A stretch of DNA of 64,000 nt. It comes from Malacoraja senta (taxonomy: Eukaryota). The stretch is taken from the NCBI GenBank assembly GCA_038087875.1, contig CM075989.1, forward strand, positions 2,108,001-2,172,000. Reading direction: 5' to 3'. Made by a program: the position numbers and the translations under genes. The first letter of the stretch is position 1; the number at the start of each line of letters is the position of its first letter. The notes under the pieces were generated by a model that saw only the letters and a list, made by a program, of their open reading frames with translations, was not told the DNA's origin and ran no database searches. Positions 38,155-52,450 of this stretch are shown piece after piece.

Positions 38155-38762
38155 TGTCAAGACCAAATCTTATTTTACCAAATCTAAATCTTAAGTGCCT
38201 GCATATGATCCATAACCCCCATTCCCTGCATATCCATATGTTTATCCAAAAGTCTCTTAAATTTCACTGGACCATCACCCCCAGTAGTGACTTCTAGACA
38301 ATCACCACTCACGGGTAAAGACTTGGCCAACACATCTCCTTTAAACATTGCCCCTCTCACCTTAAAGCTGTGTCCTCTCGTATTTGATTTTTCCATCCTC
38401 AGAAAAAGGTTCAGACTGTTTACCTAATCGATGCCTCTCATAATTTTATATATACCGCCATCTTCACCATCCATCGCTTCACCAATTTTTCTGTCATCAG
38501 CAAATATACAAATCAGAGCACATACATTCTCCTACGAGTCATGCACAAAGTTCAATGTTCCCAGCACTGACCGCAGCAGAACAGCTGCGGTGCATACATC
38601 ACGTCAGAAAAGCCTGCATCTTGTACCTCAGATCACTAAGCCAGATTTATTCTCCAATTTCCAGTAGCCCTTGCTGTCTCCTCCCCTTCTCAGCTTTCCC
38701 TCAGCCCTCTGGCTCCTCCTCTTCCTTTCTTCTTCCAGCCCCCCCTACCCCCCACCCTACAT

Positions 38763-38797
38763 CAGTCTGAAGAAGGGTTTCGGCCCGAAACGTTGCC
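38763..38797 (+). ncRNA. Minimal hammerhead ribozyme motif (second Penelope subfamily)
   Basis: CUGAAGA-a-GGGU(UUCG)GCCC-GAAA-CG-UU, lying in a Penelope 3' end at about 38649-38860. Confidence 0.6.
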
Positions 38798-41273
38798 TAT
38801 TTCCTTCGCTCCATAGATGCTGCCGCACCCGCTGAGTTTCTCCAGCACTTTTGTCTACCTCAGATTTGAATCCAGTTTGCCAACATACCTTGGACCCGGT
38901 GTGCCTGAACCTTCTGCATTGTTCGTTATAAACTCCATGTAAACCGTGTCTATCATCCTGCATTCATCTACCTGCTCAGATGCCTCCTCAATTGCATTCA
39001 GATTGGTGAGGCAGGATTTCCCCTGCACACAACCACATTGACTCTTCCAAATGAGTCCCTATCTTTCCAAGTGAGCATAAACCTTGACCCTTAGAATTAG
39101 AGTCCTGGAGATACACAGCATGGAAACAGGCTCTTTGGCCCAACATGGCCTTGTCCACCATGTTGTCTACCTGAGTGAGTCCCACTTGCCTAACTCACAG
39201 ACACACTAGTGAGGTTGACTGGAAACTGCCTCATCAATTTAAGTGCAATATGGAATAGAAAAGAAATACTGGCATTTCAATATGTTAATAAATTAAAAAT
39301 AACTCCCCAAACTGCAGAGCAGTCCTGTGTATCTCCGCAATTGAACCTCAACCTTTCAAGCTGATTCACTGGTGCTAATTCCAAAAAATTATGGATTTTT
39401 ATCTCAGTCTTAAACTTAAGCATAAGTACGATGGCTTTGGGAAAAATCTAATTTACCTTTGTTTATACATTTCATTCGTTTAATTTCCTAAATCTTGACT
39501 AATCTGCAATTGTCCACAATGTCCAGCTGATTGCCAGGATTATCACTGTTGTTTTCTGTCCAACATTTTACTGTTCAGTATCGTGACAACAATTCGATTT
39601 AAGCTTCCCCAACACAACACCTCATTTCCCTGGACTGTTACCAAATGCATCACAGGCAAGGTACACAAAAATGCTAGAGAAACTCAGCAGGTGCAGCAGC
39701 ATCTATTGAGCGAAGGAAATAGGCAACGTTTCGGGCCGAAGCCCTTCTTCAGACATTTGTTCCTGCAAGGATTGTTGGCTAACAATTCCCCATAGCTACT
39801 GACTGAATAACTTAGTTTAGTTTAGATACACAGAGGCCCTTCGACCCACCGAGTCCACGCCGACCAGCGATCCCCGCACATTGAAAGATACAGCATGCAA
39901 ACAGGCCCTTCAACCCACCTAGTTAATGCTGACTATTCACACTTCATCCCCCATTCACAGTCTGAAGAAGGGTCTTGACCTGAAACGTCGCCTATTCCTT
40001 CTCTCCATAGATGCTGCCTCACCCGCTGAGTTCCTCCAGCATTTTTGTCTACCCATTCACATAGTTCTGTTATCCCACTATTGCATCCACTCCCTAGAGA
40101 CAAGGGGCAATTTACAGAGCCCAATTACCCGACAATCCCACACACGTCTTCATTTACGGAGATGAGTGGAAACTGGAGATCCCGAAGGAAACCTACGCTG
40201 TCACAGGGAGAACGTGGAAACTCCACACAGCCAGCACCCAAGGTCAGGATCAGACCCGAGTCTCTGGCGCTGTCAGGCAGTAGGTCCATCAGATGCACCA
40301 CTGTGCTGCCCTACAAACTATCCTGCAAGCTGAAATATTCTACAAACAGGCAAAGAGATTCATGATTAGTTATTCTTTTTCTGGTGAGGTCAGTTGATGT
40401 GGAAACTGGGCAGCTCCCTGCTCGACTGAGTGGAGCAATGTGTTCCTTTGGTTGCCACGGTATTGGCAAATCTAAAGGGATCAGTTTAATGTGACGATTC
40501 TGAACCGATTGTCCAAGATGTAATACAGTACTATCTCCCATAAATTTCCAGCATTGACTAAAAATTGGGGCAACCACTTTTCCCAAAATCAGAGGGAAAG
40601 AGTTCTTTATATGATGGCATGTATGGGTGAGAAATAAAACAGAGCCAAGAGAAGCTCCTGAGATGATTCTGGAAGTTTAGTTTAGTTTAGAGCCACAGAG
40701 GCCCTTCGGCCCACTGAGTCCGTGCCGATCAGCGATCCCCACACACTAATACCTGTATGATTTTGGAATACGGGAGGAAACCAGACAGCACCTGGAGTCA
40801 GCTTCCAACTGTGATATGGGGGGGAGGAAATCATTCAAATCTACCCAATGTTGGCAGTGTGTTTAAGATTACTTATTTGCCTTTACCTTTAGATCAATGA
40901 ATGATGTACGGATAACATTGTTTTTTCATGTCCAGTACAACTTCAGTTCCAACCAACTAAATACTGGGGCTCAATTGTAATCATGTATTGTCTTTCCACT
41001 GACTGGTTAGCACATAACAAAAGCTTTTCACTGCACCTCGGTACACGTGACAATAAACTAAACTGAACTGTGTAGACCAAAGCCGGTAACATTGGTACTC
41101 TGAAGATAGACACAAAATGCTGGAGTAACTCAGCGGGACAGCGGCATCTCTGGACAGAAGGAATGGGCGACGTTTTGGGTCGAGAGCCAGTCTGAAACAT
41201 AGAAACATAGAAAATAGGTGCAGGAAGAGGCCATTCTGCCCTTCGAGCCAGCACCGCCATTCATTGTGATCAT

Positions 41274-43500
41274 GTGATCTAAGGTTGAGATTTTTGACTG
41301 GAGAAAGGCTAACTTTGAGGAGATGCGAAAGGATTTAAAAGGAGTGAATAGGGACATGTTGTTTTATGGGAAGGATGTAGAAGAGAAATGGAGGACATTT
41401 AAAGGTGACATTTTAAGAGTACAGAATCTTTATGTCCATGTTCGGTTGAAAGGAAATAGTAAAAATTGGAAAGAGACATGGTTTTCAAGGGAAATTGGAC
41501 ACTTGGTTCGGAAAAAGAGAGAGATCTACAATAATTATAGGCAGCATGGAGTAAATGAGGTGCTTGAGGAGTATAAAGAATGTAAAAAGAATATTAAGAA
41601 AGAAATTAGAAAAGCAAAAAGAAGATATGAGGTAGCTTTGGCAAGTAAGGTGAAAGTAAATCAAAAGGGTTTTGACAGCTATATTAATAGCAAAAGGATA
41701 ACAAGGAATAAAATTGGTCCATTAGAGAGTCAGGGTGGACAGCTATCTGCAGAGCCAAAAGAGATGGGGGAGATATTGAACAATTTCTTTTCTTCCGTAT
41801 TCACCAAGGAGAAGGATATGGAATTATGTGAGGTAAGGGAAACAAGCAGAGTAGCAATGGAAACTGTGAGATTCAAAGAAGAGGAAGTGTGGACACTTTT
41901 GAAAAATATGAAAACGGATAAGTCTCCAGGTCCTGACAGGATATTCCCTAGGACATTGAGGGAAGTTAGTGTAGAAATAGCAGGGGCTATGACAGAAATA
42001 TTTCAAATGTCATTAGAAACGGGAATAGTGCCGGAGGATTGGCGTACTGCGCATGTTGTTCCATTGTTTAAAAAGGGTTCTAAGAGTAAACCTAGCAATT
42101 ATAGACCTGTTAGTTTGATGTCAGTGGTGGGCAAATTAATGGAAAGGATACTTAGGGATAATATATATAAGCATCTGGATAAGCAGGGTCTGATTAATAA
42201 CAGTCAACATGGATTTGTGCCTGGAAGGTCATGTTTGACTAATCTTCTTGAATTTTTCGAAGAGGTTACTAGGGAAATTGATGAGGGTAAAGCAACCCGA
42301 TGTTGTCTATATGGAATTCAGTAAGGCCTTTGACAAGGTTCCTCACGGAAGGTTGGTTAAGAAGATTCAATTGTTGGGTATTAATGGTGGAGTAGCAAGA
42401 TGGATTCAACAGTGGCTGAATGGGAGATGCCAGAGAGTAATGGTGGATGGCCGTTTGTCAGGTTGGAGGCCGGTGACTAGTGGGGTGCCTCAGGGGTCTG
42501 TGTTGGGTCCACTGTTGTTTGTCATGTACATCAATGATCTGGATGATGGTGTGGAAAATTGGATTAGTAAGTATGCAGATGATACTAAGATAGGTGGTGT
42601 TGTGGGTAATGAAGTAGATTTTCAAAGTCTACAGAGAGATTTAGGCCATTTGGAAGAGTGGGCTGAAAGATGGCAGATGGAGTTTAATGCTGATAAATGT
42701 GAGGTGCTACATCTTGGCAGGACAAATCAAAATAGGACATACATGGTAAATGGTAGCGAATTGAGGAATGCAGTTGAACAGAGGGATCTAGGAATAACTG
42801 TGCATAGTTCCCTGAAGGTGGAATCTCATGTAGATAGGGTGGTAAAGAAAGCTTTAGGTGTGCTGGCCTTTATAAATCAGAGCATTGAGTATAGAAGTTG
42901 GGATGTAATGTTAAAATTGTACAAGGCATTGGTGAGGCCAATTCTGGAGTATGGAGTACAATTTTGGTCGCCTAATTATAGGAAGGATGTCAACAAAATA
43001 GAGAGAGTACAGAGGAGATTTACGAGAATGTTGCCTGGGTTTCAGCAGCTAAATTACAGAGAAAGGCTGAACAAGTTAGGTCTTTATTCTTTGGAGCGCA
43101 GAAGGTTAAGGGGGGACTTGATAGAGGTCTTTATAATGATGAGAGGGATAGACAGAGTTGACGTGGATAAGCTTTTCCCATTGAGAGTAGGGAAGATTCA
43201 AACAAGAGGACATGACTTGAGAATTAAGGGACAGAAGTTTAGGGGTAACATTAGGGGGAACTTCTTTACTCAGAGAGTGGTAGCTGTGTGGAATGAGCTT
43301 CCAGTGGAAGTGGTGGAGGCAGGTTTGATTTTATCATTTAAAAATAGATTGGATGGGTATATGGACAGGAAAGGAATGGAGGGTTATGGTCTGAGTGCAG
43401 GTAGATGGGACTAGGGGAGAAAAAGTGTTCGGCATGGACTTGAAGGGCCGAGATGGCCTGTTTCCATGCTGTAATTGTTATATGGTTATATGGTTATATG
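41274..43500 (+). mobile_element. 5'-truncated young CR1 LINE; ORF2 RT region with a single frameshift near 42295
   Basis: ORFs 41323-42324 and 42248-43414 contain KSPGPD, NYRPVSL, QHGFVPGRSCLTNL, FSKAFDKVPH, SGVPQGSVLGP and YADD. Tail (TATATGG)n. Confidence 0.97.
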
Positions 43501-44079
43501 GCTGATTGTCCCCAATCAATAACCCGTGCCTGCCTTCTCCCCATATCCCCTGATTCCACTAGCCCCTAGAGCTATATTTAACTCTCTCTTAAATCCATCC
43601 AAGAAGGGTCTCAACCCAAAACGTCACCCATTACTTCCATCCAGAGATGCTGCCTGTCCAGCTGAGTTTACTCCAGAATTTTGTGTATATCTTCGGTGTA
43701 AACCAGCATCTGCAGTTCCTTCCTAAACATTGGTACTTACTTCATTTCTCTAACCACCAGCATCATCCTTTTCTCCAGCTACTTTCTGCAGCAGAACCAG
43801 ACCCTTCACGTTCTTGGTGTCATGACTGACCCCTAAATAACGTTTTGGACCTCTCCACAGAAGTTCAACTATTTCTGTAACCTCACACGGCTTCTCCTGA
43901 GGCCTACAGTTGTTCCTAGTTAAGCAATGCCTCAAACTTAGTTACCAACAGTGTTTTCAAACCCCTCCATGACCTTCTGCCCTCCATCACTGAAACCCTT
44001 TCCAGGCCTCGTCATCAAAGACTCTTTGAGCTCCTTCCATTCCTCCCTCAGCTTTGTCTCATTTTAGTCCATTCATCAT

Positions 44080-44640
44080 AGAGTCATGGAGTGATGCAGT
44101 GTGGAAACAGGCCCTTCGGCACAACCTGCCCACACCAGCTGCACTAGTCCCACCTTCCCGAGTTTGGTCCATCTCCCTCCAAACCTGTCCTATCCATGTA
44201 CCTGTCTAACTGTTTCTTTAATGTTGGGATAGTCCCAGCATCAACTACCTCCTGTGGCAGCTTGTTCCATACACCTAACACCCGTTTTTGTTTAAAAGTT
44301 ACCCCTCAGATTCCTATTAAATCATTTCCCCTCACATCTTAAATCTATGTCCTCTGGTCCTCGATTCACCTGCTCTGGGCAAGAGATTCTGTGCATCCAT
44401 CCGATTTATTTATCTCATAATTTTATACACCTCAATAAGATCACCCCTCATCCTCCTGCACTCCAAGGAATAGAGTCCCAGCCTACTCCCTATAGCTCAG
44501 TCTCTCTAGTCCTGGCAACATCCTCATAAATCTTCTCTGTACCATTTCCAGCCTGACAACATCTTTCCTGTAACATGGTGCCCAGAACTGATCACAATAC
44601 TCTAAATGTGGCCTCACCAACGTCTTATACAACTGCAAAA
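44080..44640 (-). mobile_element. CR1 3' fragment
   Basis: Same family as 7067-7710 and 52650-52968. Confidence 0.85.
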
Positions 44641-44711
44641 TAACTGGCTACTTTGCCATGGCCATCAGCATGCTAGGCCTCTCCACTTTCCTACCTATTC
44701 TTTCTTCAGAT

Positions 44712-44975
44712 TTTGGAGATACAGAGCGGAAACAGGCCCTTCGGCCCACCAAGTCCGTGCCGACCAGCGATCCCCATACACTTGCACTATCCTATACACC
44801 AGAGACAATTAATAATTTTTACTGCAGCCAAATTAACCTATAAACCTGCAATTCCTTGGAGTGTGGGAGGAAACCAGAGCACCAGGAGAGAACCCACGCA
44901 GGTCACAGGGAGAAGGTACAAACTCTATACCAACAGTCAGGTCTCTGGTACTGTAAGGAAGCAACTCCACCACTG
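44712..44975 (-). mobile_element. HE1/V-SINE
   Basis: Reverse-complement copy. Confidence 0.85.
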
Positions 44976-45114
44976 CGGCCAGATACTTAAAACCAGCTGG
45001 CTAAGGCTTTGGTCAACTGTCCGATGATCTTCGACAAGTCATGATAGAATAGAATAGAATAGAATAGAATGCCATTTATTGTCATTCAACATACAAGGTT
45101 CAAACAAAATGTTG

Positions 45115-45760
45115 ATGCCAAATGTTTATAACAAGAGGAATCGAATATAGGAGCAAAGAGGTCCTTCTGCAGTTGTACAGAGCCCTAGTGAGACCACACC
45201 TGGAGTATTGTGTGCAGTTTTGGTCCCCTAATTTGAGGAAGGACATTCTTGTTATTGAGGGAGTGCAGCGTAGGTTTACAAGGTTAATTCCCGGGATGGC
45301 GGGACTGTCATATGCTGAGAGAATGGAGCAGCTGGGCTTGTACACTCTGGAGTTTAGAAGGATGAAAGGGAATCTCATTGAAACATATAAGATTGTTAAG
45401 GGCTTGGACACACTAGAGGCAGGAAACATGTTCCCGATGTTGGGGGAGTCCAGAACCAGGGGCCACAGTTTAAGAATAAGGAGTAAGCCATTTAGAACGG
45501 AGACGAGGAAACACTTTTTCTCACAGAGAGTGGTGAGTCTGTGGAATTCTCTGCCTCAGAGGGTGGTGGAGGCAGGTTCTCTGGGTGCTTTCAAGAGAGA
45601 GCTAGATAGGGCTCTTAAAAATAGCGGAGTCAGGGGATATGGGGAGAAGGCAGGAATGGGGTACTGATTGTGGATGATCAGCCATGATCACATTGAATGG
45701 CGGTGCTGGATTGAAGGGCCAAATGGCCTACTCCTGCACCTATTGTCTATTGTCTATTGT
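45115..45760 (+). mobile_element. CR1 3' fragment with a 181-aa open ORF2 C-terminus
   Basis: [19 protein letters not shown]...WNSLP; (TATTGTC)n tail. Confidence 0.95.
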
Positions 45761-45779
45761 TTTTAGTTTAGTTTAGCTT

Positions 45780-48237
45780 TGATAGAGTATAATGGGAATA
45801 CTTATTCAATACACTTGACAAATTTAAGATTGGTCCAAAATTTATCTCTTGGATCAAGCTGATATATCTTATACCTCAGACTTCTGTATTTACTAATAAT
45901 CAGAGATCCCCTTTTTTCAGGCTCTTTCGAGGTACTGGACAGAGCTGTCCCTTAAGTCCTTTACTATTTGATATTGCTTTGGAATCTTTAGCCACCGCTA
46001 TTAGGGAATCCCCTAATATTTTTGGTATTGTCTGTGGGAATAAGACACATAAGCTATCTCTTTATGCAGATTATCTGTTATTATTTATTTCTAACCCTGA
46101 GAAATCTATTCCAGCAATAGTAGCATTACTTAATCAATTTAGTAGTTTTTCTGGTTATAAACTAAATCTTATTAAGAGTGAGCTTTTCCCATTAAATAAT
46201 TTTGTTTCGAGTTATGGACAGTTTCCATTTAGATTGACTACCGAAAGTTTTACTTATTTAGGTATTAAGATCACCAAGAAACACAAGGATTTATTTAAAG
46301 CTAATTTTATGTCTTTAATTTACCATATTAAACATCAGTTTACTAAATGGTCACCAATGTCCTTATCCTTAATTGCCCGAATCAATGCTATTAAAATGTT
46401 CATTTTACCTAAATTTCTGTATTTATTTCAGACAATACCAATTTTTATTGCCAAATCTTTCTTTGATATTATAGATATGGCAGAATAAAAATCCCAGACT
46501 AGGTAAAAAATACTTACAGAAATCAAAAAAAGTTGGTGGTTTGGCATTGCCGAACCTTAGACTCTACTATTGGGCAGTCAATGTTCATTATTTAACATTG
46601 TGGACAAAAGATTTAGAAGATACCCAATGCCCTGGATGGATAAACCTAGAACGTGATTCCTTACAAGGGCTATCATTGGCTTCTATTCTAGGGGCCTCGT
46701 TACCTTTTACAATGACGAGATTGAATAAATATACGACTAACCCAATAATAAGACGTACGTTCCGAATATGGTTTCAATTTCGTACGTTTTTTGGACTAAA
46801 TGATTTTATTTTATCGAGTCCTATTTTATCCAATTTTCTCATCCAACCATCTAGTACTGATCAAGTCTTTTTGTTATGGAAGAGGAAGGGATTAGTAGCT
46901 TTCGTGATTTGTTTTTGGAGGGTTGTTTTATGTCTTTCGAACAACTCTACAATAAATATAACTTACCTAATTCACACTTTTTTTAGATATTTACAAATTA
47001 GACTTTTTTGAAGGCTACTCTACCCCTTTTTCCGCTACCACATCAAACCGAAATTTTGGAAAACAATTTACAGTTGAACCCTTATCAGAAAGGATTAATA
47101 ACGACTGTTTATGAGTTGATTTTGAAATTACAATTAGATACATTTGATAAAATTAAGAATGAATGGGAAAGAGAACTCCAAGTTTCTTTATCTATAGAGA
47201 AATGGGAGAGGATTCTTCAATTAGTTAATACCTCTTCAATGTGTGCAAGACACGCTTTGATACAATTCAAGGTGGTTCACAGAGCTCATATGTCAAAAGG
47301 TAAGTTAGCTCGTTTTTATGGTCATATAAATCCTACCTGTGACAGATGTAACTCTGAAGTGGCCTCACTGACCCATATGTTTTGGTCCTGCCCTCTTTTG
47401 GAAAAATATTGGAAATACATTTTTGATACTATTTCTGTAGTCTTAGGTATTGATTTACAACCTCATCCTATTACTGCAATTTTTGGGTTATCAATGTTAG
47501 ATTTTATTCATTTGTCCCGCTCCGCCCATCGGTTGATTGCTTTTACCACATTAATTGCCAGAAGATTTATTTTATTTAAATGGAAAGATTCCAACCCTCC
47601 GACCACACTCCAGTGGTATTCTGAAATTTAGTGAAATACAGTGAAATTCTGAAATGTTTAAATTTAGAAAAAATCAGAAGTGACGTTGTTGAATCCTTGG
47701 TTAAATTTGATAAGACTTGGGGAAAATTTATTGAACACTTTCATACAACATAAATTGCTCCCTCTTTAACCGTTATAAAAAATATTTTACCTACAAAGGG
47801 TGGAACAGACTTGACGACAAAGAGACTTAAATTGTTGAATTTCTCTGTTCAGATTCGGTTTTGCTCTGTTTTTTTTTGAAAAAAATATTTTATTTTTATT
47901 CTTATTTTATTATTATCAATTTTTCTTTTTTTTTCTTTAGTTTAGTTTTTTTTTTGTTTTTTTTTCCTTTTTTCTTTTTCGTTTTGTCTTTTTATCCCAG
48001 CGTTTTTTAAAAAACATTTATAAGTTTCCTTTTAAAGATTTAACTATATTTACATAGAGGTCTATATTCAATGTGTATTTTGACACTGGTCTCATATACC
48101 TGTTATTAATGTAATCCTGATCCCTATGTATCAATACCATTGTTATGTTTATCAGTATTCTTTTTGCTCTGTTTTTTATGCTTTATTTTTGTGTTTTTTT
48201 GAAAGAAAAACAATAAAAAGATTTTAAAAGAAAGGAA
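45780..48237 (+). mobile_element. 5'-truncated L1-clade LINE (ORF2 RT to CCHC zinc knuckle, T-rich 3' UTR, A-rich tail) with a 10-bp TSD
   Basis: LSLYADYLLL, ARINAIKMFILPKFLYLFQ, ALPNLRLYYWA and CDRC..HMFWSC; AATAAA at about 48212; AGTTTAGCTT at 45770-45779 and 48238-48247. Confidence 0.93.
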
Positions 48238-48247
48238 AGTTTAGCTT

Positions 48248-48500
48248 AGTTTAGAGATACAGCACGGAAAAGGGCCCTTCGGCCCATCGAGTCTATGCTG
48301 ACCAGAGATCCCTGCACACTAACACTATCCTACACACACTTGGAACAATTTACAATTTGACCAAATCAATTAACCTACAAACCTGTGTGTCTTTGGAGTG
48401 TGGGACGAAACCGGAGCACCCGGTGAAAACCCACGCAGGTCACGGGGAGAACGTACAAACTCCGTACAGACAGCACCTGGAGTCAGGATGGAGTCCAGGT
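48248..48500 (-). mobile_element. HE1/V-SINE whose tail was the L1 insertion target
   Basis: Reverse-complement copy; its tail continues at 45761-45779. Confidence 0.88.
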
Positions 48501-48714
48501 TCAGCCCAATGTTAATAGAGAACATACTGTGAAATACCTTCACTGATGTTGTAAACTATAAGACATTTTTAGACAGAGACACATAATTGAGTAATTAGCA
48601 CTGGGCTAATTATTTCAGTAAGTAATGTTTTTAGAATGTCAGTTACTCATACTGTGTATCCAACTAAACAAATCAATCAGCCCAGCACATCTCATCACTG
48701 TAGCTCTTGCTAAA

Positions 48715-49015
48715 GAGTTGTAGAGTGATACAGCGTGGAAACAGGTCATTCGCCCCAACTTGCCCACACCGGCCAACATGTCCAATCTACACTAGCCCCA
48801 CCTGCCTCCATTTGGCCCATATCCCTCTAAACCTGTACCTATCCATTTAGTTCCATAAATGCAGTGATAGTCCCTGCCTCAAGTACCTCGTCCGGCAGCT
48901 CGTTCCATACACCCACCACCCATTTGTGTGAAAAGGTTACCCCTCAGGTTCCGATTAAATCGTTCCGCCCCTCACTTTGACCCCATGTTCTCTGGTTCTC
49001 GAGTCCCCTGCTCTG
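48715..49015 (-). mobile_element. CR1 3' fragment
   Basis: gatacagcgtggaaacagg...gagtcccctgctctg. Confidence 0.8.
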
Positions 49016-50898
49016 CTGGTGCCAGGCCTGTTGTCCCTTTGGAGGCAGGTAAAATGAGGATGTCAATTTAAAAATTAAATTAAATACTATGATTCACATT
49101 GACATTTCCCACACCCCTGGTAAAAACAAACAGGTTTAAACTGAGAAGAGGGGAGAAGTAAAGCTGTGGGAAAATCCAGGGAACTGCAGATGCTGGGATC
49201 TTGAATAAAACTCGAAATGCTGGAGAAATTCAAGGGGCAGGCAGCGTCTGTGGAGAGGTGACGTTTTGGGTCAGGACACGAGAAAACTGTGATCAGTCTA
49301 CAGAAATGGCCTTTTCTTCTTCTCTCTGTTTTTTCTGGTACAATATCCTGCACAGTATTTCCACAGATTTCAACCCTTGAGTAAAATCCAACTCAGTACT
49401 AAACTAGAGGGGACACAATGAACTGCAAATGCTGCAATCCTGACTATGAAGAAGGGTCCCAACCCGAAACGTCGCCTATCCACATCCTTGAAGATAGACA
49501 CTAAGTGCTGGAGTAACTCAACGGGTCAGGCAGCATCCCTGAAGAAAAGGAATAGGTGACGATTCGGGTCGAGACCGTTCATCAGACTGAGAGTCAGGGG
49601 AGAGGGAAACTAGAGGTAGGAAAAGCTTCTGAACAAATCAGAGCCGGCTCAGATGACAATGGAAAGGTGGAGCCCACAATGGTCCATTGTTGGCTGTGGG
49701 TGAGGTGATAACGAAGGGATCACCTTTGAAGATAATCATCAGTACCAAGTATAACAAGTTTTTAGGGCTAACGGAATAAAGGGATATGGGGAGAAAGCAG
49801 GAACGGGGGGTACTGATTTTGGATGCTCAACCATGATCATATTGAATGGCGGTGCTGGCTCGAAGGGCCGAATAGCCTACTCCTGCACCTATTTTCTATG
49901 TTTCTATGTTTCCATGTTCAACGGAATCTGAGACCAGACTCACCTCAGATGTGACTAATAACTAGCAGGGGCTATTAATATGGCCAACCATCCTCCCAAC
50001 AGCAAGGGTGAACCCACTTATTTGTTGCTGAAGATAGACACAAAGAGCTGGAGTAACTCAGCGGGACAGGCAGCATCTCTGGAGAGAAGGAATGGGTAAT
50101 GTTTCCGGTTGAAACCCTTCTTCAGACTTTCTTGCTGGTCGAGCCCTGTGACCATCTATATTTCTGGACACATGTTATTCTCAAACTAATCCTCATCCTA
50201 TCATCTGATCCCCAAATCGATCTGAGCTTTCGACATTGATATAAATGGTGTTCCATTCTCACCACTGGCATCTCCTGTAAAAATAACAACCTCTGACAGC
50301 TCGGGTTCTGAAAGCCACTGGTTATCATGCGTGGTTTGCTCCCCATGCTACTTTGTATAAACCAAATGCAAGGAGAGTCTGGAGGAAGGGAAGTGCTCTG
50401 CACATCGATTTTCTACCCAAGTGGGTTTGATTAAATAGCAAGAAGTTGCCAAACTCAGCTGGGCTCAGACTAATCCATCTCCCTCTCATCCTGAGCCAGA
50501 GAACGTCCAGGATGGGAAGCTCAGATAACAAGCCAGCAGTTTTTGATCCACTTGCAGGTTGAACGTGGGTGGCTTTGGTAGGGTCAAAATGCATTGCCCT
50601 TGACAAGAGGATGGTTTGCCACCTTCTCGAGCTGTGAAAGTGCCTCTGGCCAAGTGACTGCTGCAGTTCCAGTCTACCCAACAACGATGAAGTCACGGTG
50701 ATGGCAAGTGCCTTGATGGGGAACCTGCAGGTGGTGGTGTTCCCCATCGTTTGCCCTCTGTCACAATGGAGGCGGCAGGTTGGAGAGGTCCATGAGTTAT
50801 TTTTTCATTGAAAGATACAGCTTGAAAACAGGCCCCTCGGCCCTATCGAGTCCATGCTGACCATCGATCACCCATTCACACAGCTTCAATGTACATGT

Positions 50899-51190
50899 AG
50901 GGCAGCATGGTGGCACAGCAGTAGAGTTGCTGCCTCACAGCGACAGAGACCCGGGTTCAAACCTGACTGAGGGTGTTGTCTGTACAGAGTTTGTACGCTC
51001 TCCTTGTGACCACGTGGGTTTTGGCCAGGTGCTCCAGTTTCCTCCCTCACTCTAAGAATGTACAGGTTTGTAAGTTAATTGTCTGCTGCAAATTGTAAAT
51101 TGTCCCAAGTGTGGAAGATAGGATAGTGTATGGGGTGGTCTCTGGTTGGCGTGGACTCGTTGGGTCAAAGTGCCAGTTTCCATGCTAAAG
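50899..51190 (+). mobile_element. HE1/V-SINE
   Basis: Head, V-domain and tail. Confidence 0.85.
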
Positions 51191-52151
51191 TGTAAATCCA
51201 CTCCCTACATATCATGTGTAATTTACAAAGGTCCATGAATGTACAAACCTAGACTCATGCAGCATGGAATTAGGCCCTTAGGCCCAACTTGCCCCCCCAT
51301 CTTTACTATGAAATTAACACAACTTTAGGATGTGGGAGGAAACGCACACGGTCACAGGGGAGAACGTGCAAACTCCAACACAAACAGATCTGAGATCTGG
51401 ATTAAACCCAGGTCTCTGGCGCTGTGAGGCAGCGGCTCTGCTGACTGCACCAACCAGGTCATGGCAGCCCGGGAGAATCATCTGGCTGCGATGCATTATA
51501 AGCCAGTCCACAGCAAGTAGCAGTGATGGAGAGGGTGAGTATTCAGAGCGGTGGACATGGTGCCAGGAGGTGAGCTGCTACTCCGTGGACGGTCTCAAGC
51601 TTCGTTGTTCTCGTAGCAAAACATATTGGGAAGCAGTGGCGATCTGATTATTTATCTAATATTACTGAGAAATGTGAGCCAGCGATTTGCTGTTGCCCAG
51701 ACGTAGCTCAAATCCTGTTGAGTTACAACCGCAACTTTAATAAAAGGCAGCTTTTGAAATTGGCTCCGTTAAATAATAAGTCATGTACAGAGATTCCCCT
51801 GGGTGACCTCTGCCCCCCTGTATTGCACGCTGCAATGTCCCAGTGATGGAACGGGCAGAATAAGGCAATCAAGACTGCTGAGGATGATTGGCAATTTAAG
51901 GCCCACTTCGTCCCGATATTTCAATGCTTGCTTTGTCCAATCTGTCATTTAACGCCTCTGATCAGCTTGGATGATCAGTTGGAGTCCTTGCTTCTTAATA
52001 CAGAGTGTTTTGGAGAATTATTTCTTGACATTGCCTAGCCTAGTGGGGTGCAGTTGGCAACAGGTCCGTCTGCCTGAACTCTGCAGCGACTGGACCTTTC
52101 AAGTGGTATTTGACACACTTGTAATAAACACACTTGTGTGGTTCTGCTGTC

Positions 52152-52450
52152 TAGTTTAGTTTAGTTTGGAGATACAGCGCAGAAACAGCCCCTTCGGCCC
52201 AACGAATATGAACCGACCAGCGATCCCCACACATTAACACTATCCTACACACTCAAGGGACAATTTTACAATTACACCAAGCCAATTAACCTACAAACCT
52301 GTATGTCTTTGGAGTGTGGGAGGGAAAATGAAGACCTCGCAGAACCCCCCCCCCCCCCCCACAGGTCACAGGGACAACATACAAACTCCACAAAGACAGC
52401 ACCCGTAGTGAGGATCGAACCCGGGTCTCTGGCACTGTGAGGCAGCAACC
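52152..52450 (-). mobile_element. HE1/V-SINE
   Basis: Reverse-complement copy with an internal poly-C run. Confidence 0.85.

Noticed and set aside
51540..51600. REST/RE1-like site (ttcagagcggtggacatggtgcc)
   Set aside because: Too many mismatches to TTCAGCACCACGGACAGCGCC.
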